From sequence record ON287370.1: DNA of 64,000 nucleotides; one strand, 5' to 3'. The position numbers were made by a program, and so were the translations under genes. Shown here piece by piece: positions 1 to 10,400 of this stretch (position 1 is the first letter of the stretch; every line of letters starts with the position of its first letter). Under the pieces are notes generated by a model. The model saw only the letters and a program-made list of their open reading frames with translations. It ran no database searches and was not told the DNA's origin.

Positions 1-423
1 AGTGGCCAGCTCAACATTGCGATCGCGGAAGGAGGAATACCAATCAACCATTTCCTGAGAATGTGGATGATCGATGAAGGTCTGGGTTGTACCATACAGA
101 GTTTCTTCACCAACTACTTCACGCAGTCGAACATCAGAGTTGAAGGTCAAGCCTTCGAACATTTCCAGACGACCATCCCAAGCTTCTTGCTTGGTTTCTG
201 GGAATTGATCTTGAGCGATCTGGAAAGTCGCCGCTTCAACAGCCAGACCAGTTTGGTTGATGAAATCAACGTGAGTCTTCAGACTCTCATTAGTTACGCC
301 TTCTGGCATCGCTGGAGCACCGAACTTGATATGGTGAGTTTCTTTATGAATCTCTGCACCTTTTACCAGTTCTGCTACCTGAGCGTCAATTACTTTACCG
401 AAAGGTTTGTTAGTCTTAGCCAT
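1..423 (-). CDS. hypothetical protein, truncated by the window edge (MAKTNKPFGKVIDAQVAELVKG...)
   Basis: My translation: ATG at 423 with GGAAA upstream, open for 141 codons to position 1. Not in the ORF track; the + strand 61..546 ORF is its shadow. Confidence 0.75.
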   Translation of the reverse strand, partial: MAKTNKPFGKVIDAQVAELVKGAEIHKETHHIKFGAPAMPEGVTNESLKTHVDFINQTGLAVEAATFQIAQDQFPETKQEAWDGRLEMFEGLTFNSDVRLREVVGEETLYGTTQTFIDHPHSQEMVDWYSSFRDRNVELAT

Positions 424-460
424 GATACTTATTTCCTATTTACTTTGGTGAGTGGTTTGT

Positions 461-919
461 TTATTCAGTTACTAACAGAGTGGAGCCTTCAGTTCCAGGC
501 AAGCCACGAGTTTTATCAATGTTCACGTTTCCAGGAAATACAGTGAACACTAAAGAGTGAGTCAAATGGTCGGCCATATTCCCGTTACCATTGGCATCAA
601 ACTTAACGATAGAAATATCTGATCCAGGAGAAAGTTTGAAGATCTGTTTAACTAAGTGAAGTGTGCGTTCAGAAATCTCTTCCTTAAACTTTGGACCTTG
701 GGAAACCTGGATTAGGATTGTCTTGCAATCAGCCAGCTCAATGATCTTAGAGAACTTGGTAGTCTTCAAGCTAGTCGGTGTTGTTTTTGGTTGGATGTTA
801 CGAATGCTCTCGATAAATGCCAACTGTTCTTCTTCACTGACTGTCATACCAGTTTCTGGATCAACGAGTAAGAAACCAAAACGTTTAAGAGAACGTTCAC
901 TCAGTTCAACTTGATTCAT
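461..919 (-). CDS. hypothetical protein (putative early gene)
   Basis: 152-aa ORF with AGGAG upstream and a promoter-motif copy at 986-1003. Confidence 0.75.
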   Translation of the reverse strand: MNQVELSERSLKRFGFLLVDPETGMTVSEEEQLAFIESIRNIQPKTTPTSLKTTKFSKIIELADCKTILIQVSQGPKFKEEISERTLHLVKQIFKLSPGSDISIVKFDANGNGNMADHLTHSLVFTVFPGNVNIDKTRGLPGTEGSTLLVTE

Positions 920-985
920 TCTAAACTCCTAAAAAGTATAAGAGAGAAGTACGTGTTCGTCTTCCCAGCATTTCTGCTTCACGGT

Positions 986-1003
986 AATAATATATACCTG
1001 AAG
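986..1003 (-). promoter_or_regulatory. putative phage early promoter, copy A (CTTCAGGT-ATATATTATT)
   Basis: Matches the TTTCARAY-ADATATTAT consensus seen 9 times upstream of minus-strand genes. Confidence 0.55.
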
Positions 1004-1024
1004 CATTTTGGCTTCACTAAAATT

Positions 1025-1273
1025 TTATTTCTTTTTAGTGTCCTTTTTATATTCATCAAAACAACCCAACAGTTGTGCTGTTCTCAGATTGATTTCCAAA
1101 TACTGACAACCGGTCTTAGTGTCAGTGATGATGGAATCCATACGACCAGTCATGACGCTAACGACAAAGCGATCTGGATCAACATACTCAGAATTACTTT
1201 TAGCACGTTCAGTAGTTGCCGCACCTACACCAAAGCTAACAACAGCCAATAAAGCAATCAGTACCTTTTTCAT
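1025..1273 (-). CDS. small secreted protein (signal peptide, D-x-x-TGCQYL motif)
   Basis: MKKVLIALLAVVSFGVGA is signal-peptide-like. IITDTKTGCQYL resembles a motif common in small phage proteins. Confidence 0.7.
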   Translation of the reverse strand: MKKVLIALLAVVSFGVGAATTERAKSNSEYVDPDRFVVSVMTGRMDSIITDTKTGCQYLEINLRTAQLLGCFDEYKKDTKKK

Positions 1274-1824
1274 TTCTCTTCCTTGGTTTCAGAAGGTTTG
1301 AATTCCATTTGGTCTTTCAACTGAGATTCAGTCAGACCATGATGCCACTGTGCACGATATCCGGTAGGGAGATCACGACTACGAGCCAGGACGATAGATT
1401 CATCCAGATAGATAATCAGCGCCAGATCAGATAAGAATGACAAACGAGAGATCGCTTGTTTATCTTGACCTTCGCGAGGAACGATCTTTAAATTACTTTC
1501 AAAGATCTTACTCGGATCCTTTTCTTCACGAATGGCATGACTATAATCAAACACCGCTTCACTATCAACGGTTTCATGATAATGCTTGATGAACTTTTCA
1601 GCACGAAGGCGCGCAGCGGCCTTAGCTTCATCAGTCAGTACCGAATGGTTATAGTTAGCCATCATGATGAAGATAGTCTTAGGTTTAGCGATCTTACACA
1701 GATCTTCGATATAGACGACCTTTTCAGATTCTAACAATTCTTTCATCTTGAGTTTATCCTCTTTACTTAACCCATGATTAGTCTTAGCAATGTTCTTAAC
1801 GAGATTCGTAAGTGCTACTGACAT
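1270..1824 (-). CDS. hypothetical protein, paralog of 2127..2513
   Basis: Start moved to the ATG at 1824 (AGGA 7 nt upstream). Shares PKTIFI / KIVPREG / SDLALIIYLD with the 128-aa neighbour. Confidence 0.75.
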   Translation of the reverse strand: MSVALTNLVKNIAKTNHGLSKEDKLKMKELLESEKVVYIEDLCKIAKPKTIFIMMANYNHSVLTDEAKAAARLRAEKFIKHYHETVDSEAVFDYSHAIREEKDPSKIFESNLKIVPREGQDKQAISRLSFLSDLALIIYLDESIVLARSRDLPTGYRAQWHHGLTESQLKDQMEFKPSETKEEK

Positions 1825-2125
1825 TAAAGTTCCTAAAAGAGCTTTCACTCTCAGTTGAAGTTTTGGACGGTGGTTGTTGATTTAACCATTGCTTTCTAAC
1901 ATTAAACCGATGAAGTTTAGCAGCTTTCTTCTTTGCTTCGTCTTCTTTGGTTTGCTGTGCAATAACGGCAGCACGTGAAGCGTTACTAGCAGCTATAGCT
2001 GCATTACTAGCAGCAATGGCGGCCGTTGTAGCAGCAGTGTTCACAACGATCACAACGGCCTTTACAGGGGCGACCATTGCCATGGCGATAGCCACAGCAA
2101 TGATAGTTCTTTTGATATCGACCAT
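1796..2125 (-). CDS. Ala-rich exported or membrane protein
   Basis: N-terminal hydrophobic signal-like segment and a tandem AAIAASN-AAIAASN repeat. Confidence 0.6.
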   Translation of the reverse strand: MVDIKRTIIAVAIAMAMVAPVKAVVIVVNTAATTAAIAASNAAIAASNASRAAVIAQQTKEDEAKKKAAKLHRFNVRKQWLNQQPPSKTSTESESSFRNFNVSSTYESR

Positions 2126-2126
2126 C

Positions 2127-2513
2127 TTAATCTAACAGCGTATATGGCTTAACATCACCACCACGGATAATCTCAATTTTACCATCCAGGCGATATACGA
2201 AAGCAATATCGGAAGTCAGTGCTTTGGTCCAGTTTTGTTTAACATCAACAAATGCATACTGGTTGGTAACAACAGCGTCACCTTCTTTAGGTGTCACTTT
2301 AATTACAGCCCTGTTGATAACTTCGCATTTATCCAGCTGAGCAAGAACACGCTCAGTAATGCTAACTGCACGAACAGCGTGATCAGCTTTACCTTCAGCA
2401 TCTTCTTCATCACCGATAGGGTGATCTTCTTTCTCAACTGCGATGAAGACAGTTTTAGGAGAAGTAACTTCGATCAGTTCTTCCAGGGTTTTGATTTCAG
2501 TAATTTCAGACAT
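2127..2513 (-). CDS. hypothetical protein, paralog of 1270..1824
   Basis: GGAG RBS and a promoter-motif copy upstream. Motifs PKTVFI / KVTPKEG / SDIAFVYRLD. Confidence 0.8.
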   Translation of the reverse strand: MSEITEIKTLEELIEVTSPKTVFIAVEKEDHPIGDEEDAEGKADHAVRAVSITERVLAQLDKCEVINRAVIKVTPKEGDAVVTNQYAFVDVKQNWTKALTSDIAFVYRLDGKIEIIRGGDVKPYTLLD

Positions 2514-2565
2514 TATTAATACTCCAGATAAGGTTTAAGATAAATTATGTTTACTTCAACACGTT

Positions 2566-2583
2566 AATAATATCTGCTTCAAA
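2566..2583 (-). promoter_or_regulatory. putative phage early promoter, copy B (TTTGAAGC-AGATATTATT)
   Basis: Consensus match 53 nt upstream of the ATG at 2513. Confidence 0.6.
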
Positions 2584-2590
2584 TTAAATA

Positions 2591-2616
2591 GCTGAGAAGG
2601 TTTTACCCTCCTCAGC
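2591..2616 (-). terminator. hairpin terminator after 2624..3223
   Basis: gctgag...ctcagc stem, T-rich downstream on the minus strand. Confidence 0.45.
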
Positions 2617-2623
2617 ATATCAA

Positions 2624-3223
2624 TTAGTAAGCTTTGTAACCTTGTTCTGGATTACTCAGATAGTTATACAGAGCACCTTCTACCAGTTCCAGCTCTGGAA
2701 TACCTGCTGCACCTTCGACATCACCCAGATCAAAGTCGTAGGTTTTGATAATGATGTCACGCAGATCGGTCCAAGTAGGGTTCAGGGAGAAAGTAACAAT
2801 TTGTTCAGAAACACCAAACAGGTTGATCATCAGCAGTTTGAACAGATGTTCATGATCATCAATTTTGTTAGAGCAGATGTTCAGCAGTACACTATCCATC
2901 TTCCAGGAGAAAGTAGCCGGATCAGTATTCTGCATATCGGCAGATGCTGGATTAACTTGTTGCGCCAATGGAACCAAATCCAGACCAACAATACTGTTGA
3001 CATATTTGATCAGTTTGATTGCATACAGGTTAATTAGCTGAGCACGAACTTTAGTTGCCTGCATCTCTACAATAAGACACTTCTTATCTTCACTGTACAA
3101 AGACATCCAAACTTCATGCATATCTTTCAAAGTGTTCTTCAGGGTAACGCCCTGGAGGACCAGTTCACGAACCTGAGTAGCAACGCGAAGAGTGTTCAGG
3201 TTAATTGGTTTAACTTCGGACAT
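2624..3223 (-). CDS. hypothetical protein
   Basis: 199-aa ORF with a GGAAA RBS and phage-like codon use. Confidence 0.8.
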   Translation of the reverse strand: MSEVKPINLNTLRVATQVRELVLQGVTLKNTLKDMHEVWMSLYSEDKKCLIVEMQATKVRAQLINLYAIKLIKYVNSIVGLDLVPLAQQVNPASADMQNTDPATFSWKMDSVLLNICSNKIDDHEHLFKLLMINLFGVSEQIVTFSLNPTWTDLRDIIIKTYDFDLGDVEGAAGIPELELVEGALYNYLSNPEQGYKAY

Positions 3224-3292
3224 TTCTTATTTCCTTTTTGTATTAAATGGTTTTCTGTTCTTAACGTATAATAGATACACGCATAACAAAAT

Positions 3293-3320
3293 AAGTAGAG
3301 ATCCCGAAGGACCCCTACTT
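3293..3320 (-). terminator. intrinsic terminator after the prohead protease gene
   Basis: aagtag..tcc-cgaa-gga..ctactt stem with a UUCG loop on the minus strand, followed by a T tract. Confidence 0.55.
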
Positions 3321-3326
3321 ATCTAA

Positions 3327-4175
3327 TTAGAAGATATCGGTAAAGCTAACACCCATAGTGGTGGTTTCACCAGTACGGTAGTTCTTCTTGATGGCAGACA
3401 GCATGTCGCGATACTGACCCAATGCTTCCATGCCACCAACACGATCCAGTTCTTCACCAGAAGCTGCAGTAGCAAGAGCATGATCCAGTTTTTCGATAAC
3501 ATCGGCAACTTTGAATTTCTTCATGTTGTCAACCATACCGAAATCATTCAAGAAGGATTCACAGCCAGCACTCATATGCTTGTTAGCGTGAACCATACCT
3601 GGTTCAGAAACCCAATCGTAACCAGTCCAGTATTCAACATTCTTCTGGAGTTCACCAGGACGGAATGGAGAGATCTGAGTACGGATACTTACAGCGGTAT
3701 TGTGCTGTGGAGTTTCCAGAGACTCTTGGAACTCAGGACCACGAGGACCAAATGGTTTACACTTGATCAGGTTCCAAATAGGCTTGGATAAGTTATTGTT
3801 GTCTTCAGGACGCCAAATAACTTTACTAATCAAACCACAGATACGATCCGGATCAAAGGAACGCAGACGGTTGATCCACTGAATAACGTCAGTCATAGGA
3901 GCACGGTATTTAACACCATTCTCAATGACGTAAACGAAAGGTTCTGGGTGTTCAACTTCCATTTTGCAGTAACCCATTTTAACACGACGGTTAAGGTCAC
4001 TGTTCTCTTCGATCTGAGAGATGATGTAATCGTTGGCCGGATAAACGATACCAGCATGGTTGGGGATATTAAAACCCCCAGCATTCAATTCATACAACCC
4101 ATCTTCATCAGGACGAAGAATACCTTTCTTACCTGAATGAGCAAGAACGATATTACCTAAGCTAATTTCATCCAT
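3327..4175 (-). CDS. prohead (head maturation) protease, phiKZ gp175-like / T4 gp21 family
   Basis: GGFNIPNHAGIVYP, MEVEHP (catalytic His, cf. T4 gp21 GELNHP), DRICG and SIRT motifs. Syntenic with the gp176-gp182 block. The start at 4175 abuts the upstream stop. Confidence 0.8.
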   Translation of the reverse strand: MDEISLGNIVLAHSGKKGILRPDEDGLYELNAGGFNIPNHAGIVYPANDYIISQIEENSDLNRRVKMGYCKMEVEHPEPFVYVIENGVKYRAPMTDVIQWINRLRSFDPDRICGLISKVIWRPEDNNNLSKPIWNLIKCKPFGPRGPEFQESLETPQHNTAVSIRTQISPFRPGELQKNVEYWTGYDWVSEPGMVHANKHMSAGCESFLNDFGMVDNMKKFKVADVIEKLDHALATAASGEELDRVGGMEALGQYRDMLSAIKKNYRTGETTTMGVSFTDIF

Positions 4176-4176
4176 C

Positions 4177-4914
4177 TTAATTTCCACCTGCAGCCGGAAG
4201 GCCACGAATAACTTCTTCCAGGTGAGTAACCTTAGTATCCGGATTCAGAATACCAGAGATAATGTTGTCAGTCATATAACCAGAAGCCAGACGGCTAAAG
4301 GTAGAGTTGAGCAACTGCCCTGGGTTGTTGATGCCGATAATACGAGGTTTCACTGCTGGGTCTTTGAGACTTGACGAGTAACGGAACGGAATACCTAAGT
4401 CTTTAGGATCACGTTGAGTCAAAGCGTAGAATACACGAATGGCTTGGTTACTTGTCCCCATTGACTTACCAGTGTAGAATTTAGCTTCGTCATAAACGCT
4501 CAGCAAATCAGCTGCGTCAAAGTACCATGGGATACGAGCATACTTGGTAAACTCCAAGTAATAGTAATAACCGATGTTGGAGTCCATAGGAACTGTCAAC
4601 GACTCGATCACTACATCACCTGGTTCAAACTCAAGCATGAAATAACGATCATTACCAATCGTCTCTTCATAGATATCTCCTGGGTGGAGATTAACCTTAA
4701 CCATACCACCCAGGAAACCATATGAATCTCCAACGATAACACCTAACATAAGGATAGATGTAACAACGTCAGAGATTTCCGCTAAGTTACTTTGTTCAAA
4801 ACGTTTAGGGAAACAAACTGTCAGTTTCTTTAAAGCTACAACACTACCATCTGGTAAGACTTTAAGGGCGGCATCAATCCGCCCTCGGTCTTTCTTCAGC
4901 TTTTCTATTTCCAT
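4177..4914 (-). CDS. conserved virion protein, phiKZ gp176-like (proposed accessory subunit of the virion RNAP)
   Basis: 245 aa, in the expected position between the protease and gp177-like genes. Assignment from recalled synteny. Confidence 0.55.
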   Translation of the reverse strand: MEIEKLKKDRGRIDAALKVLPDGSVVALKKLTVCFPKRFEQSNLAEISDVVTSILMLGVIVGDSYGFLGGMVKVNLHPGDIYEETIGNDRYFMLEFEPGDVVIESLTVPMDSNIGYYYYLEFTKYARIPWYFDAADLLSVYDEAKFYTGKSMGTSNQAIRVFYALTQRDPKDLGIPFRYSSSLKDPAVKPRIIGINNPGQLLNSTFSRLASGYMTDNIISGILNPDTKVTHLEEVIRGLPAAGGN

Positions 4915-6431
4915 TACAGTTTGATCAGTCTGTTAAGGATAACCAGGTCAATGGAACGAGACAGGTGTTTACGCTGTTGTACCAGAGAGTGAGCTGGCAT
5001 AGATGCGTTGATGGTCAGGATCTCTTCTGCGATAGGAGAGTCGAAAGCACCAGCCATAATAGCACCCAGTACGGTGTTCATCAGAGAGTTCTCTTCACGA
5101 ACAATTGCATCCAGCATTGGGGTATTAGCGAAGAATGCATCCAGATCGATACGCTGTTGGATACGAGACAGAATACGCTGAGTAGGGTGAATATGTTCAT
5201 CGATAATATCGATGAAAGGTTTGTATTCTTCTTTAGCATACAGACCTTCTAGAACTTGGCAGAAAATGCGTTTTGCAACATTACCTTTACCAAGTACCAG
5301 AGCGGTATTAACGTTACCGCAATATTCACGCCATGCATCAGTCACGGTTTCTTTATCAGTGATGATATCTTTAACAGCATAGTCACGGATCTTAGCGTAA
5401 GCATAACCGGCAGCAAATTCAGACAGAGACATCTCTTCTTTATCTGCAAACATTTCCAGTACGGCATTGTTATAACCAACCAACAGTTTACCAGTCAGAA
5501 CAGGAGTTCCTACCAGATTACCCCAATCGGCATTTTCAAGACGTACATTGTCATTGATAATAACAACACCGGCAGCCGCACGAGTTTCCCAGATTTGTTT
5601 GAACTTGAACAGCATTGCGTTAAACAGATCGCGAGTTACACGCAGTGAAGTACGATAGTCATCCAGACTAACACCAGTCACACCATCCAGCGGTTCATCC
5701 ATAGCAACCAAACGGTTCAGAAGCAGACTACCGATAACCAGAGGACGGAATGCTTTAAATGCATAGTTCTCATAGTTACCCAGGTCAGCAGAACCATTGG
5801 AGATAGCAGAACCATTAAACAGTTCGTACCAGTTCTTCTCAACGAAGAAGGTTTCGTAAATACGTTTAACTTCTTCAGGGTTGGACCAGAAACCAGTCAG
5901 GTCGTCAACATTAACAGCGATCAGTTCAACCAGATCTTCAGCCGACATTGAAGGGTAAGTCCCCTGCAGCAGTTGGTTCAGACGAATGGTCGGGATATCG
6001 ATGAAGTTCTGAGGAATAGCATTTGGGTAATACGGGCTATTCAGGAAGCTTGGTTCAACGTTAACCATCTCAACGTCCAGATAACTGAAGATAGTATCTG
6101 CAACGTTACCTGGATCGATTTCAGAACGCAGTTTCTGTTCTACATCTTTCAGGATAGGTTTAACGGTTTTAGAGATCAGGTTCAGAGCAGAACGAATACG
6201 CTCTGCAATGATATCCGTGGCTTCTTCCAGCACCAGGGTATGTTCACCAACAGTCGCAGTAAAGTCAGGAAGATCTACAGCAATGTTTTCTTCAGTGAAA
6301 CCACGAATGCTAGCGGTACATTCATTAAGACCTTTAATAACGTCGCTGACATTATCATGAAGGTCGATGCCTTTCTCAGTTGCAAGCAGTGCAATTGGGG
6401 TAGCCATCAGGACGGTTTGTTGAGTAATCAT
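4914..6431 (-). CDS. conserved virion (head) protein, phiKZ gp177-like
   Basis: 505-aa ORF translationally coupled to its neighbours; syntenic position. Confidence 0.55.
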   Translation of the reverse strand: MITQQTVLMATPIALLATEKGIDLHDNVSDVIKGLNECTASIRGFTEENIAVDLPDFTATVGEHTLVLEEATDIIAERIRSALNLISKTVKPILKDVEQKLRSEIDPGNVADTIFSYLDVEMVNVEPSFLNSPYYPNAIPQNFIDIPTIRLNQLLQGTYPSMSAEDLVELIAVNVDDLTGFWSNPEEVKRIYETFFVEKNWYELFNGSAISNGSADLGNYENYAFKAFRPLVIGSLLLNRLVAMDEPLDGVTGVSLDDYRTSLRVTRDLFNAMLFKFKQIWETRAAAGVVIINDNVRLENADWGNLVGTPVLTGKLLVGYNNAVLEMFADKEEMSLSEFAAGYAYAKIRDYAVKDIITDKETVTDAWREYCGNVNTALVLGKGNVAKRIFCQVLEGLYAKEEYKPFIDIIDEHIHPTQRILSRIQQRIDLDAFFANTPMLDAIVREENSLMNTVLGAIMAGAFDSPIAEEILTINASMPAHSLVQQRKHLSRSIDLVILNRLIKL

Positions 6432-6595
6432 TCTGGGCTATTCTCCAAGATTTTCTGTTTGATGGCACGGGAGGTAACTTCGTTCTGCTCATCAGCTTCC
6501 AGAGGAGCTTGGAACTCATAACCAACCTTTTCTTTAACCTTACTAACAACTTCAAACAAGTTGCTAACGGTAATGATATTGTCTACAGCAGACAT
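6428..6595 (-). CDS. small protein, 55 aa (MSAVDNIITVSNLFEVVSKVKEK...)
   Basis: My translation: AAGGA RBS, and its TGA overlaps the ATG at 6431 (ATGA coupling). It fills the gap after the endolysin. Confidence 0.65.
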   Translation of the reverse strand: MSAVDNIITVSNLFEVVSKVKEKVGYEFQAPLEADEQNEVTSRAIKQKILENSPE

Positions 6596-6626
6596 GTAAT
6601 TTTCCTTATACTCTTGAGACGGCTAA

Positions 6627-7490
6627 TTAAATAACTTTACGGTTCTTAGGATCCATACCGTCCCAATAGAACTGGTTAATAGCGGAGGCAATATCACCAA
6701 CGGTGTAATAGCCTTTGTTACCGATATCAAACCCTACGTTCTGGGAGTAAGTTAATGAACCACGGGAAGCAACAACTTCATCTGGGCTCTTACCAACTAG
6801 CTTCGGCATGAAGATAGAAAGGTAATAATCTTCCAGAGTTTTGCACTTCTTAATATAACCGTACTTTTCAAAATATTTGAAGACATAATCTTGCTGTTCA
6901 ACAAAAGTCATTTTAGCAAGAGCATCTGCCGTAGTTCCCAGGTCAGGAGCAGTTGTTTTAGGCATGAATTGAATCAGACCAACAGCGCCAGATTTAGGAT
7001 TGCGGGCAGCAGGGTTAAATGTACGACCGGTCTCTAAAGCATTACAGCTTAAGATATAAGAAACGTTATCAGCAGGTTTACCCCAATGCGCTAACCATGC
7101 TTGGTATTTCTCAACACCTGCCGCTGGGACATTTGGATTGCCAGACCACGCAAACCAGTACGATGGGAGACCCTTGGCTTTGCGATAGAATTCCACAAGC
7201 TCATTAAAGCCATCCAGAGTACCTTGACCCCACAGACCATCAATACGCTTGGTATAAAGACCAACAGCAGCCAAACCAGTTTGAACCAAAGTAAACACTT
7301 GACTTGCATCATAGCTACCTTGATATAAAGTTTTGTCGAAGCTCGGTGTATGAGTTTTCAACATCAGAATAAAAGCGTCACGACAGCCTTGCCCAAAAAG
7401 GCCGTCAATGCGGCCTTTGTAGAGGGAAAGCTCACGTAACAATGATTGCAATGTTTTAATTGCGAATACATTAGTGTTACTGTTTGCCAT
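6627..7490 (-). CDS. modular endolysin: two N-terminal PG-binding motifs plus a lytic transglycosylase domain (EL188/KZ144-like)
   Basis: IDGLFGQGC and IDGLWGQGT PG-binding motifs. ALETGRTFNPAARNPKSGAVGLIQFMP carries the catalytic Glu and the GLxQ motif. Confidence 0.85.
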   Translation of the reverse strand: MANSNTNVFAIKTLQSLLRELSLYKGRIDGLFGQGCRDAFILMLKTHTPSFDKTLYQGSYDASQVFTLVQTGLAAVGLYTKRIDGLWGQGTLDGFNELVEFYRKAKGLPSYWFAWSGNPNVPAAGVEKYQAWLAHWGKPADNVSYILSCNALETGRTFNPAARNPKSGAVGLIQFMPKTTAPDLGTTADALAKMTFVEQQDYVFKYFEKYGYIKKCKTLEDYYLSIFMPKLVGKSPDEVVASRGSLTYSQNVGFDIGNKGYYTVGDIASAINQFYWDGMDPKNRKVI

Positions 7491-7492
7491 CT

Positions 7493-10400
7493 TTAATATT
7501 TTCCGTATTTCGAAACCATGCGTTCTGTATAAACGTTGTTCACTTCATTAGCCACTAACTTATCACGAAGGCTCAATACCATTCGGTTCAGCAGTGACTT
7601 AAGAGAGAACGTGATATCTACAGGACGACCGTCGGTAGTGTAGATTGGGTGTTCATAGATAAACCCAACAGTCCCCTTCATCTGGTTACCTACAACAAAC
7701 TTATCCGCTGTAGTCGTTTTGATCTTGTTGTCAATATAAATATAGACAACGGCAGTGTCAGGATAAACCTTAGACTTACCGACCGAGGTGTTACCACCCA
7801 CGTTACCAGTTGTAGCGGTGTTCGCTTTATAGGCAGCTACTTTAGAACGGATTCCGTTTTGCTTGTTAATAAAGGAACGAAGAGATTCACTCCAACCATC
7901 GATGTCGCCGTTATAAACAACTTCAATTTTAGAGATCACCCCAGACTGCTTAGCTTTAATCTGTTTGATACCCGCACGATCAAGACCATCGAAATCTCCA
8001 TTGTCGTCAGCTTCAAATACAGCCGAGACTGGGTTCTCGATGTCACATAGGATCTGATCATACTCAACAGTATCACCAACCTTCACATGCATCTTGATAG
8101 ATTGAACAGCATCAACCTTGAAGTCATTCGGTTTCAGGAATGGAGAAGTAGATGCTTCTGCAAACCCTTTAACGATACCGATGGAGTCTTCAAAGGTAAA
8201 CTGGTCTTCAATCAAAGCAATACGAGCAAGTGCACCCGCCTTCCAGACAACACGAGTTGGATCTACGTTGTCACGAGCAAAGAACATTTCATCCCACGCT
8301 AAGATAGTTCCTTTGTCAAACTTATCCCCAACATTAAAGTCAGTGATCTTCATGTGCTTGTGATATTCACCCGCACCTTTACCAATCTCATAACCTAATG
8401 GGAACTTGTCTTCAGAACCATCTTCATAACGAACCTTCATACCGTACTGAGTTACTTCAGTAACTTCACCTTCTTGTTTTGCAACAGAGGAATAAAGTTC
8501 AGAAGTACGATAAGCAAGAACAGTGTCGTAAGAAGTACGCAGTGGGTTCATCACGTAGTTGTCAGCAGCCATTACCTGAGATTGCTGAACGCCAGAGAAC
8601 AGAGTACGTTTGGTATCGTCTTTCGTTGTACCGTACAGTAGGTTCATGACAACAGAGCCACGACCAGCATTAGTGGTCTTCTCTTTGACGTCAATGTTAC
8701 CATAAAGGTCAACGATCTTAGCATCAGAAGTCAGATAACTAATGAAGCCAACTTTACCGGAGTCTTTACCTGCTTCAGAGATGATCCCTTCATAGTTAGG
8801 TAACTGACCACGAGTACGACGAACCATTGCACGATCACTACGACCCAGAGTACCGCCAAAGGTAACTTCTTCTTGTTGCTTAACTTGGTGAACAGGGTTA
8901 ACTTCTTCACAAGCTTGAGCAGAAGAGTCAGTGATGATATTCATCATTACCGCTTCAGGGTTAAGGTCGAAAGTAACTTTACCGTTATTTGGTTTGTTAC
9001 GTGCTTGACGAGTTGCTTTAACCATCTCACGATAAACGTGACCAGCGAAACGTTCATAACCAACAAAACGTTGTTCGGTGATTTCGATCTCGTGTTTAGA
9101 TTCATTAGAGAGCATCAATTTAACAGCTTCAATAATCAGCTTATCCATAACGACTGGATATTTGAATTTCTCTAACAGACGCATTGTGATTGGATCGATG
9201 AACATGTCATACAGCATAGTCATTTCTTTGAAGTGACTTGGCTTAACACGTTGATCACCTACCAGACCAAACCAGATATTCGGATCGTCTAAGTTGGAAC
9301 GAGAGAAGTTACTCAGGTTGTTCAACTTACGAAGACCGGACATTACCAGAGTCGTCAGTTCATCACGGCGGTTGAAGATTAAACGTTCATCAGCCAATTG
9401 GATCATATATTCATCAGCACCCAAGTTAGGGCGTTGATCTGGATCAACAGTTCTGTACTGAGCTTTCAAAGCTTTCAGGACGTTACTGAAACCAATCCAG
9501 TAAGAGAGAACAACAATCGCTGGGAAATGATAACCATTGATATTAACAGTAGCAGTAGGGATCGGAGCCTTAGAAATGTTCAACCCTAAGATCTCTTCAA
9601 TGTAACCTTGCTCTGCACCATCTACAGTGATCAAACCGCTGCTATCGATTAAGATAGGATGTTCACCTTTGAAACCAATCAGCCAGCTATTAGCATTACA
9701 CAGTTTAGCCAGTTCACGTTTACCATCTACCAGAGTAACAGTATCGAAATCGAAATTGTAATCAGGCGTTATGATGGATTTAAAACGAGAAGCCAATACG
9801 GAGTAGTAATAGCAAACTTCGTCTTTAGGTGGTTTGAACCCACCGAGACTTACTTGGAGAGTTTTGTCGACATAAGAACGTTCGATAATACTTGCCTTTA
9901 ACCAACGAGCATAATCATCGACTTTCTTAGTAGAGCGTTCAACCATAACTTTCTTATCGTAATAAGAAGTCAGGGCTACCTTAGTTGGAGAGATTTTACG
10001 GATTGGTAATTCCATACGCATCAACTGCATATAAGACTTAACACCGTTAATGGTAAAGGTACCATCTTCCTCAACAACAGGTAAACGCATACGACGGGTA
10101 GATTGACCACCTTTAACGCGCTGGAACTTCATGGTATAAACATCATACTTAGAGTCAGCGGTAATGGTCCTTTCTACTTCTAAATCAGTTAGAGCAGTTC
10201 CGCCATTTTGAACATGGAGAATCATTTCCAGGATGTTGCGCTGGTGAATGTTCTTGATGTACTCATCTGAAAGTAATTCAGTACGAGATTTCAAAGTGGA
10301 CTTGTCAGTAATGACGAGTGAGTCAGGAGCGATTGGAGTATCTTTGAGAACCATGTCCTCAGGTTTGATATTCACAATCTCCGCTAGGGTGTGACCACCA

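Noticed and set aside
61-546. 161-aa + strand ORF from the track
   Set aside because: It is antisense to a better minus-strand gene (ATG 423 with RBS and phage-like codons) and overlaps 461..919; a shadow ORF.
3261-3274. Exact 14-mer TTAACGTATAATAG, also at 58966-58979
   Set aside because: Only two copies in AT-rich intergenic DNA, with inconsistent orientation relative to downstream genes. It may be a promoter variant but cannot be supported.
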